In this document: piece by piece, positions 6,736 to 16,671 of the stretch
Layout of the letters: the number at the start of each line of letters is the position of its first letter
How positions within the stretch are numbered: the stretch's first letter is position 1
IMG/VR virus record: IMGVR_UViG_3300000285_000003
DNA: 64,000 nucleotides
Origin: a virus
Strand: one strand, 5' to 3'
Notes under the pieces: generated by a model
The model's database searches: none
What the model was told of the DNA's origin: nothing
Seen by the model: only the letters and a program-made list of their open reading frames with translations
Translations under genes and position numbers: made by a program

Positions 6736-8899
6736 ACATAAGAACCCTATGCACTATAATTGGGTAAGTACATATAGTAGATCCCATTAGTCTACGTACT
6801 ATTCTGGAACATCCCTCGCGAAGGAGCTAGAAGAAAAACTCAATAAATTAAACTTGATCCGAGAATATGTTAACTCTGTCTTGCAGGGCGAGATCACTCA
6901 AAAGGTAGGATGAAATGTATCAAACATTGAAACAGTTTGATATAGGTAGGAGAAGCGTTGTATCAGCTCCTATAGATTATACAGCTGGACTTGTGAGAAC
7001 CGTCTGGAGACAAGCTGGATGAGGCTGTATAATCTAAAAACGCATAAGTCCCAAGAAGGGCATAATGAACCGTATCGTAATTATATGTGATAATACTAAG
7101 CATATACAAACGTTACACGAGATGAACTATATTGGTCCCCAGTAGGTGAACAGAATTGCATACATGGTATGGTGCATGGTGCTGGAAGAACCGAGGATAT
7201 CCCAAACAATATAGAAGTATTATTAAGCCGTAGGTAGTGTTTCTAGTGTCCAAAGCTAGTATAAAGGCCGAAAAAATTATCTAAGACGCAATATCGTGAG
7301 GATAATACTCACGGGACGTATGGTGAATACGTTGGCATATAGTCCTTGACGTTCGATTCGTCACAACTCCGTTGAAGGGGTGCCGGGGATGAGGTGTAAG
7401 ACGTCTGAGCTCATGGTAGACCGCCAGGCTTTTCTTGTTTATGCGGTATATAAAAGTAAAACAAGCGCAAGGGTTGGGCAGCCCCTTAATCGAAGCTCTA
7501 CGGGAGTATCGTACGCGGGTGAAGATCGCGGTGAAAATCTATTCCAGTTGTATTATTAGGATGTTAGGCAATCCAAACTTACAGCCAATTTCCATGAAAA
7601 TTAAATCGTTCATGAGACTATGATCGATGACTCCGTTACAGTCAAAGAAAATTGATGGAGAGCTATCCTAGAATAAGAAATAGCAAAGCAGGTAGAAAGT
7701 TGATTCGAGATATGTCCATCCAGGACCATTTGACCTCCACTTTCATCCAAAACGATCTAGACTAATAGTTTATTTGCACCATGATATACAATATTATATA
7801 GTCTCTACAGAGTAGTAAGCTGGTATATTATGTATGCGTATGTTGTATGCAAAAGATATAAATTATGAAAACCTAGAAAGTTTAAAAGATAACATGTTTA
7901 ACAAAAATTGATGTCCCTTCATAGAGTTAATCTTACGTTGTAAGTAAGGGCTTGAGGTGAAGAAATCGAGTGCCAACCGATATGCCAACCATGCTAAAGT
8001 ATACTGCGCAACAGTATATGTAAACATAAAGGTTCGAAGCAATACAGGAAATTGATGGGCAGCTTATATCTATGTTGTAAAACGACTGTGTATATTATAT
8101 GTGTATACTGTCTCTATACATGTATATTACGTTATAAGTGGGTGACAAGATGAAATGTATGGGTTGAATTCCCAATATTCGTGCACTATAAATAGGAGGT
8201 AGTAATACCGGTACAGAAAAATTGCAAACATCAGCAAAGATGTAAAAAGCCGTAAAGTCTGTGATGGGTTTGATCCTAAGACATTCCGATAACCAACCGC
8301 TGGGTACATGCCATAAGCCGAGTACCGCAGTAAGGAGCCATTTCGATAAGTTAGGCGCTTTTAAAACTTATTAGCCGAGGAAATCTGCGTTTAATCGACA
8401 ACCTGTAGGAAAATCTTGTAAGTATAGTAAGGGAAATACGACCGAGATTCTACATATTTTCGTGGGTTATAGAAAATTCTAAGATTCTATGAGTGTTAGT
8501 TGCTATGCAAAATTTCACCAACGAAAATTAGAATAGTTAAGTTAGAAAAAACGTGAACAAAATAGCAGAAAACAGTTCAGCATTTGATTATGCAAAGGAA
8601 GCATTCAAAGCTTTAGACGATGGGCCTGGATAAACCAGTAAATGCTAATTGCATCATACGTATGTAATTCCTGCTGCAAGCCTATTATCCTATTGTCGTA
8701 ATAGAGAAAGTGCAGCTAAGTCTAGATAAAGCGTCTACAATAGTAGAACTTCCTTTAGAAAACTAAGTACGCAAAGTAGTAACCGAGTATCTTCGTATCA
8801 GCGTTGCTTTATTCAATAAACAACGGCAAAGGTGTAGCCAAAATACACCATATTTTTCAATCATATCGTTAGTTAATCAATAACGATATCAAAAAGGAT
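6736..8899. other. 2.16-kb non-coding island with RNA-like structure and internal repeats
   Basis: No ORF over 62 aa in any frame. I saw no long TAG-only open frame in the stretches I checked. Contains T-arm-like hairpin TGACG-TTCGATT-CGTCA (7347-7363), hairpins CGTGAG-GATAATA-CTCACG and ACGTA-TGGTGAA-TACGT (about 7296-7335), and the motif AAATTGATG three times (7649, 7905, 8049). ATATTATAT...GTCTCTAyA occurs twice (7791-7809, 8092-8120). Confidence 0.7.
8786..8800 (+). repeat. conserved 15-mer AGTATCTTCGTATCA, copy 4 (weak flanking stem)
   Basis: Exact 15-mer 100 nt upstream of the ATG at 8900. The flanks CCG/CGT give only marginal pairing. Confidence 0.5.
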
Positions 8900-9493
8900 A
8901 TGATTATGTCAGAAATTAATGTAAACATCGTGGAAACAACTATTAAGTCAAATCGTACCCCACTGAGCATGCTCGGTGCAAAAATGTTTGGTCAGGACGT
9001 ATTTACTCCTCAGACCCGTTTATTCAACCCAGACCATGACAAGGTTTTGGAGCAGGCTAAGCAGAGCTCCAATGTAAACCTTGTACTCAATCGTTCACCT
9101 CGCCGTTTTGTGATCGGTTATATTACGATTGAGTCTATGGCAACCAAGCAGAATGCAATCGGTGATGTCGTTTGCCGTCTCAATGAGGGCACCGAGCACC
9201 AGATTGATATCCCTCTCGGTGAGAACAGCACCAAGTTTGGTGAGACCACAGAGGAGGCAGTTCAGAACGCTCTTAAGGACAAGAACTCTAAGGCTGTGTT
9301 CTCAGATCCTAAGGATTTGGGTGGCATTCTTAACGATCTTAACCGTGGTGAGATCGCTCGCCTTGATGCAATTATTGAGCAGGCTAATAAGGCTAAGGCT
9401 CAGTGTTTGTCTGCCATTGCAGCAAACGAGAAGATCATTGCAGACTACGAGCGTCAAAAGGCAGATTCTAAACCAGCTGATAAGATAGCATAA
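8900..9493 (+). CDS. hypothetical protein
   Basis: 197-aa ORF. The overlapping 9129-9488 ORF in another frame is judged spurious. Confidence 0.65.
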   Translation: MIMSEINVNIVETTIKSNRTPLSMLGAKMFGQDVFTPQTRLFNPDHDKVLEQAKQSSNVNLVLNRSPRRFVIGYITIESMATKQNAIGDVVCRLNEGTEHQIDIPLGENSTKFGETTEEAVQNALKDKNSKAVFSDPKDLGGILNDLNRGEIARLDAIIEQANKAKAQCLSAIAANEKIIADYERQKADSKPADKIA

Positions 9494-9497
9494 GTTC

Positions 9498-10082
9498 ATG
9501 GAGGCTGTTTTAACAGAAAAGAGCGTTAAGCTTATAGCAGTAATGCTCTCAGAACCGAAAATTAAGGCAGCCGTTTATGAAAAGTTGGACCATACAGAGA
9601 AGTACAAGATCTATACCATTAACGATGATGGTAGTATTACTCTGGGTTCAACTAGATTCCATTTTTGGAACAAGATAATCGGCTGTGAGCAAACCTTACC
9701 ATTTGAGAGTTTCGCTCTCAAGGTATGGGATGCACTAGTGAGTCTTTCCACAGGTCTTAACCAAAAAGCCATTATGGAAGGACTATCACAAGAAATTGTG
9801 ATGAAAGGAGTTAAAGACAAAAACTTTAACTGGGTCGTAGAACGACTGTATGATGTTGCGACAAAAGTATGTCAGAATTCTAGCATTGCTGATGGCGTAG
9901 GAGCGGACCCTGCGGGGTCCCGGGTGTCAGGGCCAAGGCTTAACGCTCAGCAAGAGTTTCCTGAGAAAATTGTTATCAATATCAACGGACGTAAAGAAGT
10001 TTTGCAGGTTAAAGACTGCATCGGTAAACCAATGATTGAGTTGGAGTACGGAATTGTAAACGCTAAACGAGTAATGCCATAA
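9498..10082 (+). CDS. hypothetical protein
   Basis: 194-aa ORF 4 nt after the upstream stop. It contains the GGACCC-TGCG-GGGTCC hairpin at 9905-9920. Confidence 0.65.
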   Translation: MEAVLTEKSVKLIAVMLSEPKIKAAVYEKLDHTEKYKIYTINDDGSITLGSTRFHFWNKIIGCEQTLPFESFALKVWDALVSLSTGLNQKAIMEGLSQEIVMKGVKDKNFNWVVERLYDVATKVCQNSSIADGVGADPAGSRVSGPRLNAQQEFPEKIVININGRKEVLQVKDCIGKPMIELEYGIVNAKRVMP

Positions 10083-10203
10083 ACAGAAACATTCCTGCGG
10101 GAATGGTGTACGAACTGTGCGCAGAAGAATACACATTCATGCATGGTATTATCGTTATTGTTTACAACGAAATGCAAAGACAATATTATTAGTTTATATT
10201 AAA

Positions 10204-10280
10204 AGGCATCCTTAAACGTTCTCTGCGGAGAATAGGTAATCCGCCCTGCGGGGCAGGATTGCCAATGGATGTCTTTTATT
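10204..10280 (+). terminator. composite A-tract / three-way hairpin / T-tract element (bidirectional terminator-like)
   Basis: Outer stem GGCATCC(10204-10210)/GGATGTC(10267-10273). Inside are TTCTC-TGCG-GAGAA (10219-10232) and AATCCGCCC-TGCG-GGGCAGGATT (10238-10260). Flanked by AAAA upstream and TTTTATTCTTTATT downstream. Confidence 0.5.
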
Positions 10281-10358
10281 CTTTATTACAGTTATATGTA
10301 ATATAGGAACTAGGTAAATGGCTGATTCAAGTAAATTGTTTAATTTTAATCAAACTAT

Positions 10359-10907
10359 ATGAATAAGAAATCAATTAAATTGAACTCAGCAAACATCATC
10401 ACAATTCGTAAGAATATTGATATTACTATCAATAAGTATTGGCGAATTATTCGAGCAGAGAACCTCATGTCTAAAAAGGCAATTGCAGCAAAGCAAGGTT
10501 CTGGCTTAGATCTCAAGAGCTTGTATAACCAGATTGTGCAGCTTAGTGAGAAGCGTATTATGATTAAGGGTATTTTGGTAGCTCTTAATACAGGTACAAC
10601 TACATTCTCTTACGAGGATTTTAAGAAGACAAATAACTATAGTATTTTTGCAGCATGCGAGGCAAAGGAGGCAATAGCACAACTTAAGATGATCAAGACA
10701 CTTGATCCATCAACTAAGGCAAAGAAGGGATTGAAGGCTATGCCTAAGCGTGAGATATTCTCATCAGCTAAGATTGCTCAGCTTATCCATGATCAGCAAC
10801 TACTAGCAAATAAGTTTGACGCTAATCTCGAGAAGTTTAACAATGAGACTTCTATTGAGATTAAAGATACTATTGCAGATAAGTTCGAGATGGATCTGAC
10901 AGTTTAA
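10359..10907 (+). CDS. hypothetical protein
   Basis: 182-aa ORF. No motif recognised. Confidence 0.6.
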   Translation: MNKKSIKLNSANIITIRKNIDITINKYWRIIRAENLMSKKAIAAKQGSGLDLKSLYNQIVQLSEKRIMIKGILVALNTGTTTFSYEDFKKTNNYSIFAACEAKEAIAQLKMIKTLDPSTKAKKGLKAMPKREIFSSAKIAQLIHDQQLLANKFDANLEKFNNETSIEIKDTIADKFEMDLTV

Positions 10908-11031
10908 ATACTATAGGTTCGAGACAAATATAAGGGTCGCCGAAAGGAGTAAGATCGAGGCTTACACGAACCACAATAAGGAATCCCTTGCCTTAAAAAT
11001 AAAATTATTAACACATTAAATTATCAAAATT

Positions 11032-11985
11032 ATGTCAAAGAAGAATAACAAGAAGAACCTCAAGAAGGTTCAGGCTAAGATAGGAACTACACCAGTTAAG
11101 GCTGAGGCAGCTAAGAAGGAAGAGTCTAAGGCTGCTATAAAGAATGCAGAAATTGCTGCAGCAAAAGACGATGCTAAGGCAAAGAAGAAGGCTGAAAAGA
11201 AAGCTCACGAGGAGGCTAAATATGCTGCCTCTAAAGCTCGCATAGAGGCCCGTAAGGCGCGCAAAAAGAGCATCATGGATAAACTGATAGACTCCAAGAA
11301 GGAAAAGGCTTCAGAGCCTGTTAAAATCACTCTGGAGGACCGTTTGAAGAAGCAGGAAGAGCGTCGTAATGTCGCCATGGCTCGTCATATCGCATCAATT
11401 ACCCGTCGGTGCAAGCGTATGCATCTCAATGATGCCGACACCAAGAAGGTGATAGACATCGCAAAGAAGCAGTGGGACAACGCCACTGTATACAATATTA
11501 CAGTTGTATGTGATTCTATTCTGAAAAAGAAGAAGGAGCTCGAGAAGTTGGTAAAGGATTGCGGCATTAAGTCTGCATGTATTACTAACTCTACAGCATT
11601 CTTCAAGAATGTGCCAGCAAGTGTGGTAGCAAAACTGCGTGATCTTGTAGGTAATGCTACATTCTATCAGTATCGTTCTGATGATAAGTCTCCATTCGAG
11701 GAGGCTGGCATAGATATGTCAGGCAATCACAACAAGCATAAGAAGGGAGGTGATCCTCATACTATCGAGTGCTCAAAGAACGCTAGTGTGAACTTCTACA
11801 ATCTCCGTAAAGCTAAGAAGAAGGCTAAGGAGACGCTCGAGAAGAACACGTATAACTTCCGTCACGGCTCTAAGGCTGAAGGACGTAAGCTTCGTCGTGA
11901 GCTCAAAGTTAAGGCTAAAGCCGTAAACAAAAAGCCTACACAGGTTAAAGAAATTAAACAAAAAACAGCTAAACAAGCAGCTTAA
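11032..11985 (+). CDS. hypothetical protein with histone-H1-like Lys/Ala-rich N-terminal half
   Basis: 317-aa ORF. The first ~80 residues are K/A/E repeats (AKAKKKAEKKAHEEAK...). A partial copy of the conserved leader lies upstream. Confidence 0.65.
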   Translation: MSKKNNKKNLKKVQAKIGTTPVKAEAAKKEESKAAIKNAEIAAAKDDAKAKKKAEKKAHEEAKYAASKARIEARKARKKSIMDKLIDSKKEKASEPVKITLEDRLKKQEERRNVAMARHIASITRRCKRMHLNDADTKKVIDIAKKQWDNATVYNITVVCDSILKKKKELEKLVKDCGIKSACITNSTAFFKNVPASVVAKLRDLVGNATFYQYRSDDKSPFEEAGIDMSGNHNKHKKGGDPHTIECSKNASVNFYNLRKAKKKAKETLEKNTYNFRHGSKAEGRKLRRELKVKAKAVNKKPTQVKEIKQKTAKQAA

Positions 11986-12002
11986 TCATAGGAGGCAACG
12001 TT

Positions 12003-12665
12003 ATGAATACCCAGAATAATCAATATTTGGACGATTGTGTTAAAAAATATCGTGACATCAAAGAGAAGTGGCTTAAGGACTTTAACAAGTCTCATGGAAC
12101 TACTTCTAAGTTCTGTAAAGAACATTGTATCCATGGTCTTTCCCGGAAGAAACCTTGGTTCATACTGCTCAAGCGTTATTCGATCAAAATTGAATCTAGC
12201 AGAAAGGTTACGAAGCTTAACCATACCGAGCTCATGGAAGGGTATGTTCAACACAAGTTGCAGAAATGGGAGCGAAAGCACCCGTGCCCGGTTAAGAAAG
12301 ACGACTTGTTCTACGCGCAGCAGTTCCCAGTTTGGGAAGCAGAAAAGAATGCTGCAGAAGAACATATTAGAGACTTAGTTGTCGCTAAATATGACAAATT
12401 ACAACTTGTAGGACGATTCCAACATTCGGACGACAAGTTTACTGAGCAGGAAGTTGCTCAGATAAAAGACAATGGCGAAACTGCTAAGTATGGAGGTGTA
12501 AACAAACTTCCGGAACACAGTAAAGTCATGAAGATGGCTCATAAGGAGACAAATAAGGTAAAAGCAAAACGAGGTAATCTTGTTTGTACAAACCTTAAAG
12601 ACCATCGAAAAAAGACGGGACGACTCCTGTTACCAGGCGCAAATAAGATGCGAATGGCAGCTTAA
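12003..12665 (+). CDS. hypothetical protein
   Basis: 220-aa ORF. The overlapping 12037-12378 ORF is judged spurious. Confidence 0.6.
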   Translation: MNTQNNQYLDDCVKKYRDIKEKWLKDFNKSHGTTSKFCKEHCIHGLSRKKPWFILLKRYSIKIESSRKVTKLNHTELMEGYVQHKLQKWERKHPCPVKKDDLFYAQQFPVWEAEKNAAEEHIRDLVVAKYDKLQLVGRFQHSDDKFTEQEVAQIKDNGETAKYGGVNKLPEHSKVMKMAHKETNKVKAKRGNLVCTNLKDHRKKTGRLLLPGANKMRMAA

Positions 12666-12761
12666 GGCGTAACTTCTTCAAAACCGACCAGGACACCACT
12701 GGTCACCCTAGTGTGCTCCGAAAGGATATGACTGCGAGGTGCAAACCCTCACTAGGGAACT

Positions 12762-14672
12762 ATGATAGTAAAGGAAAGACCAGTAGTTCTATATGACATA
12801 GAAGTTTTTCCAAACTGTTTTCATTGTACTTGTAAAGATTCAGAGAGTCATAAATTATATAAATTCGAGATATCCTGTCGTAAAAATCAACTAGAAGAAC
12901 TAGTTGACTTCTTCTACACAAACAGAACTGATCATATAATGTGCGGCTACAACAATAAGCATTATGATGACATAATCATAAGTTACATTATACATTTCTG
13001 TAGTAGAATGAAGCGACTAGGATACTCGAGAATTTGTAGTTCTCTCTACTATCTTAGTAAAGAAATAATAAGTTCGGAAAAAACAGGAAATATTGATAAG
13101 ATTAAAGTATACAAGTATTCAAACTACTTCTATTCATTTGATCTTATGTTGATGCTCTATAGTGCCAAACAGCAAAAAAGCTTAAAAGAAATAGAAATAC
13201 TCTTACATATGCCAAATGTACAAGAGTATGAAGGAAGCTTTGATCTGCAGATCCCAGAATGTGATATTGACGCTATGATAGAGTATAATGTGAACGACGT
13301 AGAAGCTACTGAGACTTTGCTTAATAAAGTAAAAGAAGATGTAGAACTACGTCTTGAAGTGGAAAAAGAATGGGGGTTTGATGCACTGTCGATGAGTGGT
13401 GTACGATTTGGAGAAGAAGTACTCTTGCGAAAGACTTTAGACATTACCAACACAACAAAAGACGAGCTAAAAACTCGTGCTCGAAAAGTCGGAAACATTC
13501 GCCTAGGTGACATCATACTCCCATTTATACAATATTCTAATCCAAAGTTGAAAGAAGTCTTATTGGATGTAAAAAATGCTACTTGCAATGCAAGTAAGTC
13601 TGATAAGAAACAAGAAAACTATGAGAAGAAGTTTGTTCTCTCAAACATTTGCTACTCTATAGGTGAAGGTGGTATACACACCATCAATGATCCTAGAGTC
13701 TACAAACCTACAGCTGGACAGTTTATAGGACACTCAGACGTTACGTCTATGTATCCTTCGTTAGCCATTATAAACCATTGGCTCCCTGTTCACTTAGGAG
13801 AAGATTTTTGGAATGTGTACAGTGCTCTATACAAGGAGCGCTTGGCTGCCAAACGTAATGGAGAGTTATTAAAGTCTAAGGCATTTAAACAGGCTCTTAA
13901 TGCTCTTACAGGAAAGATGCAACAAGAAAGTAGCTGGGCTTATGATCCACTTAACGTATACAAGATACGTATAAATGGGCAACTTATACTACTTATGTTA
14001 GTGGATAGGCTTCTAGAATTGAATTGTAAGATTGTACAAGTCAATACAGATGGTGTCGTCTACATTGCCAACAAATCCGCCCGCTTCGCAATAGCCGATG
14101 CAATTAAGGAAGTTGAGCAATTAACCCAGTTAACATTCGAATCCGATGATTACGAGTCGTTTTATCAGTACGACGTGAACAATTACTTTGGTGTTCGCAA
14201 AGGATACTCCCAATCTGGAGATCCAAGACTGATAGAAAAGAAAGGCAAGTTTATCACAGAAATTGGTCTTAACAACAGCATGACACCAGTTGTTATCTCC
14301 AAAGCTGTGATAAACTATTTTTTGAACAATGAACCGATAGACAAGTTTATTAAGAAGGATAGAGATGTCCGTGATTTCTTGATGTCACAAAGCGTAAACA
14401 AGGAATCAAAAGTTGAATATGGAGGAAAACAGATTCAACGTATTAATAGATATTACGCGTCAAGCAGTGGCTATTATCTTATGAGAATTAAGGACAAAAT
14501 GTACGAAAATCGTTCTGAAACAAAAATAACAGAATATGGAGTACGAATTCTTAACAAGATAGATGCTACACCAATAGAGAAACGTCATCTGGATTACCAA
14601 TACTACATTAGCAAAGCAAAAAAGATAGCTAGTGAGTTTGTTAATCGCCAGTTGACAATATTCGATGATTAA
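12762..14672 (+). CDS. family B DNA polymerase (compact phage type)
   Basis: Motifs ExoI YDIEVFPN, ExoII GYNNKHYDD and ExoIII EYNVNDVEAT. Polymerase motif A DVTSMYPS, motif B KQALNALTGK and motif C VNTDGV. Confidence 0.9.
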   Translation: MIVKERPVVLYDIEVFPNCFHCTCKDSESHKLYKFEISCRKNQLEELVDFFYTNRTDHIMCGYNNKHYDDIIISYIIHFCSRMKRLGYSRICSSLYYLSKEIISSEKTGNIDKIKVYKYSNYFYSFDLMLMLYSAKQQKSLKEIEILLHMPNVQEYEGSFDLQIPECDIDAMIEYNVNDVEATETLLNKVKEDVELRLEVEKEWGFDALSMSGVRFGEEVLLRKTLDITNTTKDELKTRARKVGNIRLGDIILPFIQYSNPKLKEVLLDVKNATCNASKSDKKQENYEKKFVLSNICYSIGEGGIHTINDPRVYKPTAGQFIGHSDVTSMYPSLAIINHWLPVHLGEDFWNVYSALYKERLAAKRNGELLKSKAFKQALNALTGKMQQESSWAYDPLNVYKIRINGQLILLMLVDRLLELNCKIVQVNTDGVVYIANKSARFAIADAIKEVEQLTQLTFESDDYESFYQYDVNNYFGVRKGYSQSGDPRLIEKKGKFITEIGLNNSMTPVVISKAVINYFLNNEPIDKFIKKDRDVRDFLMSQSVNKESKVEYGGKQIQRINRYYASSSGYYLMRIKDKMYENRSETKITEYGVRILNKIDATPIEKRHLDYQYYISKAKKIASEFVNRQLTIFDD

Positions 14673-14693
14673 TCGTTTATCAACGTATATAAG

Positions 14694-15260
14694 ATGATTA
14701 TTGAACTAAACACAAAACTCCTGGACATTCCAGGACTAAATTCAAATCAATTAATATTCCTAAGTTTGGTATTGGATAAGAATCAAAAAACTTATAATCA
14801 AGACGTCCGCAAAATTGTCAGCCTAGTTAGCGACGAAGAAATATCAAACTTAATTTCTCAGGGACTTATTACCTCGATCGAGAGAGGTAAGTCAATTACA
14901 TATCATGCAACAGATACGCTTAAAGATATAGTTCGACCTAAACAGGACTATTTCGATCTGTTCTATGAAATGTACCCAATATACGTTCTACGACCAGATG
15001 GTACAAAAAACTATCTGAGAGCCAACGTTAACAAGTGTAGACATTTATTTAATGTTTATGTAGGTCAAAGCGAAGCTATGGCTCAACATCTTATTCAGTG
15101 TCTCGACTTCGAAATGAAGAAAAAGACTAACGAGGGTAAACTAAGTTATATGAAGACGATGTGGAGATGGCTCGTAGACCATCAATGGGAAGAATCTGAG
15201 GAAGAAATGCAAGACAACTCTAAAATTGAGGAATCGACTTATGGAACAGAACTTATCTAA
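14694..15260 (+). CDS. hypothetical protein (positional candidate helicase loader/replication organiser)
   Basis: 188-aa ORF between the polymerase and helicase genes. No motif recognised, so the function is positional inference only. Confidence 0.55.
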   Translation: MIIELNTKLLDIPGLNSNQLIFLSLVLDKNQKTYNQDVRKIVSLVSDEEISNLISQGLITSIERGKSITYHATDTLKDIVRPKQDYFDLFYEMYPIYVLRPDGTKNYLRANVNKCRHLFNVYVGQSEAMAQHLIQCLDFEMKKKTNEGKLSYMKTMWRWLVDHQWEESEEEMQDNSKIEESTYGTELI

Positions 15261-16167
15261 TCTTATAAGACCAATGTCAGTTGTAGCCCAAGAAGCTATA
15301 AACTATATATCTGGTCGTAGAGATCACTCTATAACATCTCTAAAGACTAGATGGGCTAAGTTTAATAAGCAGTGTATGGGAGGTATTGAACCTAATACCG
15401 TTTATACCATAGCTGGTATTTCAGGAAGTGGTAAGAGCTCATTCGCAAATGAGATCTCAACTGATATTGTTGATTTGAATCCTGGTGAAGAAATAGTAAT
15501 TCTGATTTTCTCGTTAGAGATGGTTGGATTTAGGCAAGTTGGAAGAACGCTTTCTAGTAAGCTTAGGAAAACGACTTCGACTTTGTATAGTTCGGAAACG
15601 GACCTAGATGACGATACCTTCAGAAAAGTCATCTCAGTATCTAATCAACTAAAGGAGTATCCTATATGGTTTGTAGATAACCCTACAACTCCCAAGGAAG
15701 CAGAAGATATTATTAAGTATTTCTATAATACATACATAAAGGGTACCGATAAACATTTTGTGATAATGTACGACCATGCTCTATTAACGAAGCCGATAGG
15801 CAGCGTTATAGAAACCATGCAGGAACTCGAAAGAGTTTTCATAAGTGCTAAAAAGTATCCTATGACATCAGTGTTACAACTAGCACAGATGAATAGAAAT
15901 ATTGAATCACCAGAAAGAATAAACAATTCTTTGTCGCATTATCCTATGAGAAGCGACATTTCATCTGCTGACGCTTTATTTCAAGCTAGCGATTATGTTA
16001 TAGTCATTCATAGGCCTGAAATTCTTGGAATACAAGAATACGGCCCGAGCCATTTACCTACTCAGAACAAGGTGTATCTACACATCTTGAAGAATCGAGA
16101 CGCAGGAAAGCCCTGCATACTTGAATTCCAGAATGACTTAGCGTATAACAACTTGATAGAAAGTTAA
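15241..16167 (+). CDS. DnaB-like replicative helicase (RecA-like C-terminal domain)
   Basis: Walker A GISGSGKSSF and a Walker-B-like FVIMYDHA. The layout is typical of the DnaB C-terminal domain. The first ATG is at 15241; the track start at 15226 is TTG. Confidence 0.8.
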   Translation: MEQNLSNLIRPMSVVAQEAINYISGRRDHSITSLKTRWAKFNKQCMGGIEPNTVYTIAGISGSGKSSFANEISTDIVDLNPGEEIVILIFSLEMVGFRQVGRTLSSKLRKTTSTLYSSETDLDDDTFRKVISVSNQLKEYPIWFVDNPTTPKEAEDIIKYFYNTYIKGTDKHFVIMYDHALLTKPIGSVIETMQELERVFISAKKYPMTSVLQLAQMNRNIESPERINNSLSHYPMRSDISSADALFQASDYVIVIHRPEILGIQEYGPSHLPTQNKVYLHILKNRDAGKPCILEFQNDLAYNNLIES

Positions 16168-16190
16168 GCAATTAAAATTTAGGCTGAATT

Positions 16191-16646
16191 ATGACAACAT
16201 ACGATATTAAGTTTACTGACAACAACATTAAGAACACTAACAATGGTAACATTTATTCTCAGATTCTCGATGATATTATTCTTTCTACTGTAAAGAAGAA
16301 CAACTCTTATTTGTTTAACACAAAGAAGGAGGACGACGATCTGATTGATGCCATGTTCAACGAGTTGGATCATACTTATATCTACAAGCCTCTGAAGGGC
16401 GACACTTTGTTCGCAAAGGCTTGTGATATTCTTGCTAACTATGGCAAGAAGAAGAGTATTATGAAGGGTATTAAGCTCGGTAAGATTTACCGTCTTGAGA
16501 ATGGTCTCCCTGTCATTTTCTACAATGATGAGATTCAGATTGGTACCGACATTTATAGTTACTCTGATTTTAGTGATTACAACTTCATCTCTTCACTTAG
16601 TCCAGAGATTAAGAAGACAATCATTAATATTAACATTAAGCTTTAA
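16191..16646 (+). CDS. hypothetical protein
   Basis: 151-aa ORF. No motif recognised. Confidence 0.6.
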   Translation: MTTYDIKFTDNNIKNTNNGNIYSQILDDIILSTVKKNNSYLFNTKKEDDDLIDAMFNELDHTYIYKPLKGDTLFAKACDILANYGKKKSIMKGIKLGKIYRLENGLPVIFYNDEIQIGTDIYSYSDFSDYNFISSLSPEIKKTIININIKL

Positions 16647-16671
16647 TTAAAACTTTTAGTATCATTGTATC

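Noticed and set aside
7347-7371. T-arm hairpin plus CAACTCC as another permuted tmRNA or tRNA acceptor.
   Set aside because: The best downstream partner (GGGGTGC at about 7376) gives only 5 bp. The discriminator would be G, and there is no GGAC or D-loop analogue. It is more likely a T-loop motif within a larger RNA.
7241-8390. AGCCG-containing stretches (7245, 8319, 8373) as group II intron domain V.
   Set aside because: There is no complementary ACGG/CGGCT strand to form the 34-nt domain V hairpin. No GUGYG 5' end is present, and the region does not interrupt a gene.
8466-8492. Hairpin ATAGAA-AATTCTAAGA-TTCTAT containing TTCTAAG as a possible suppressor tRNA anticodon arm.
   Set aside because: The loop is 10 nt rather than 7, and the 7-nt alternative has non-pairing flanks. 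No D arm, T arm or acceptor is nearby.
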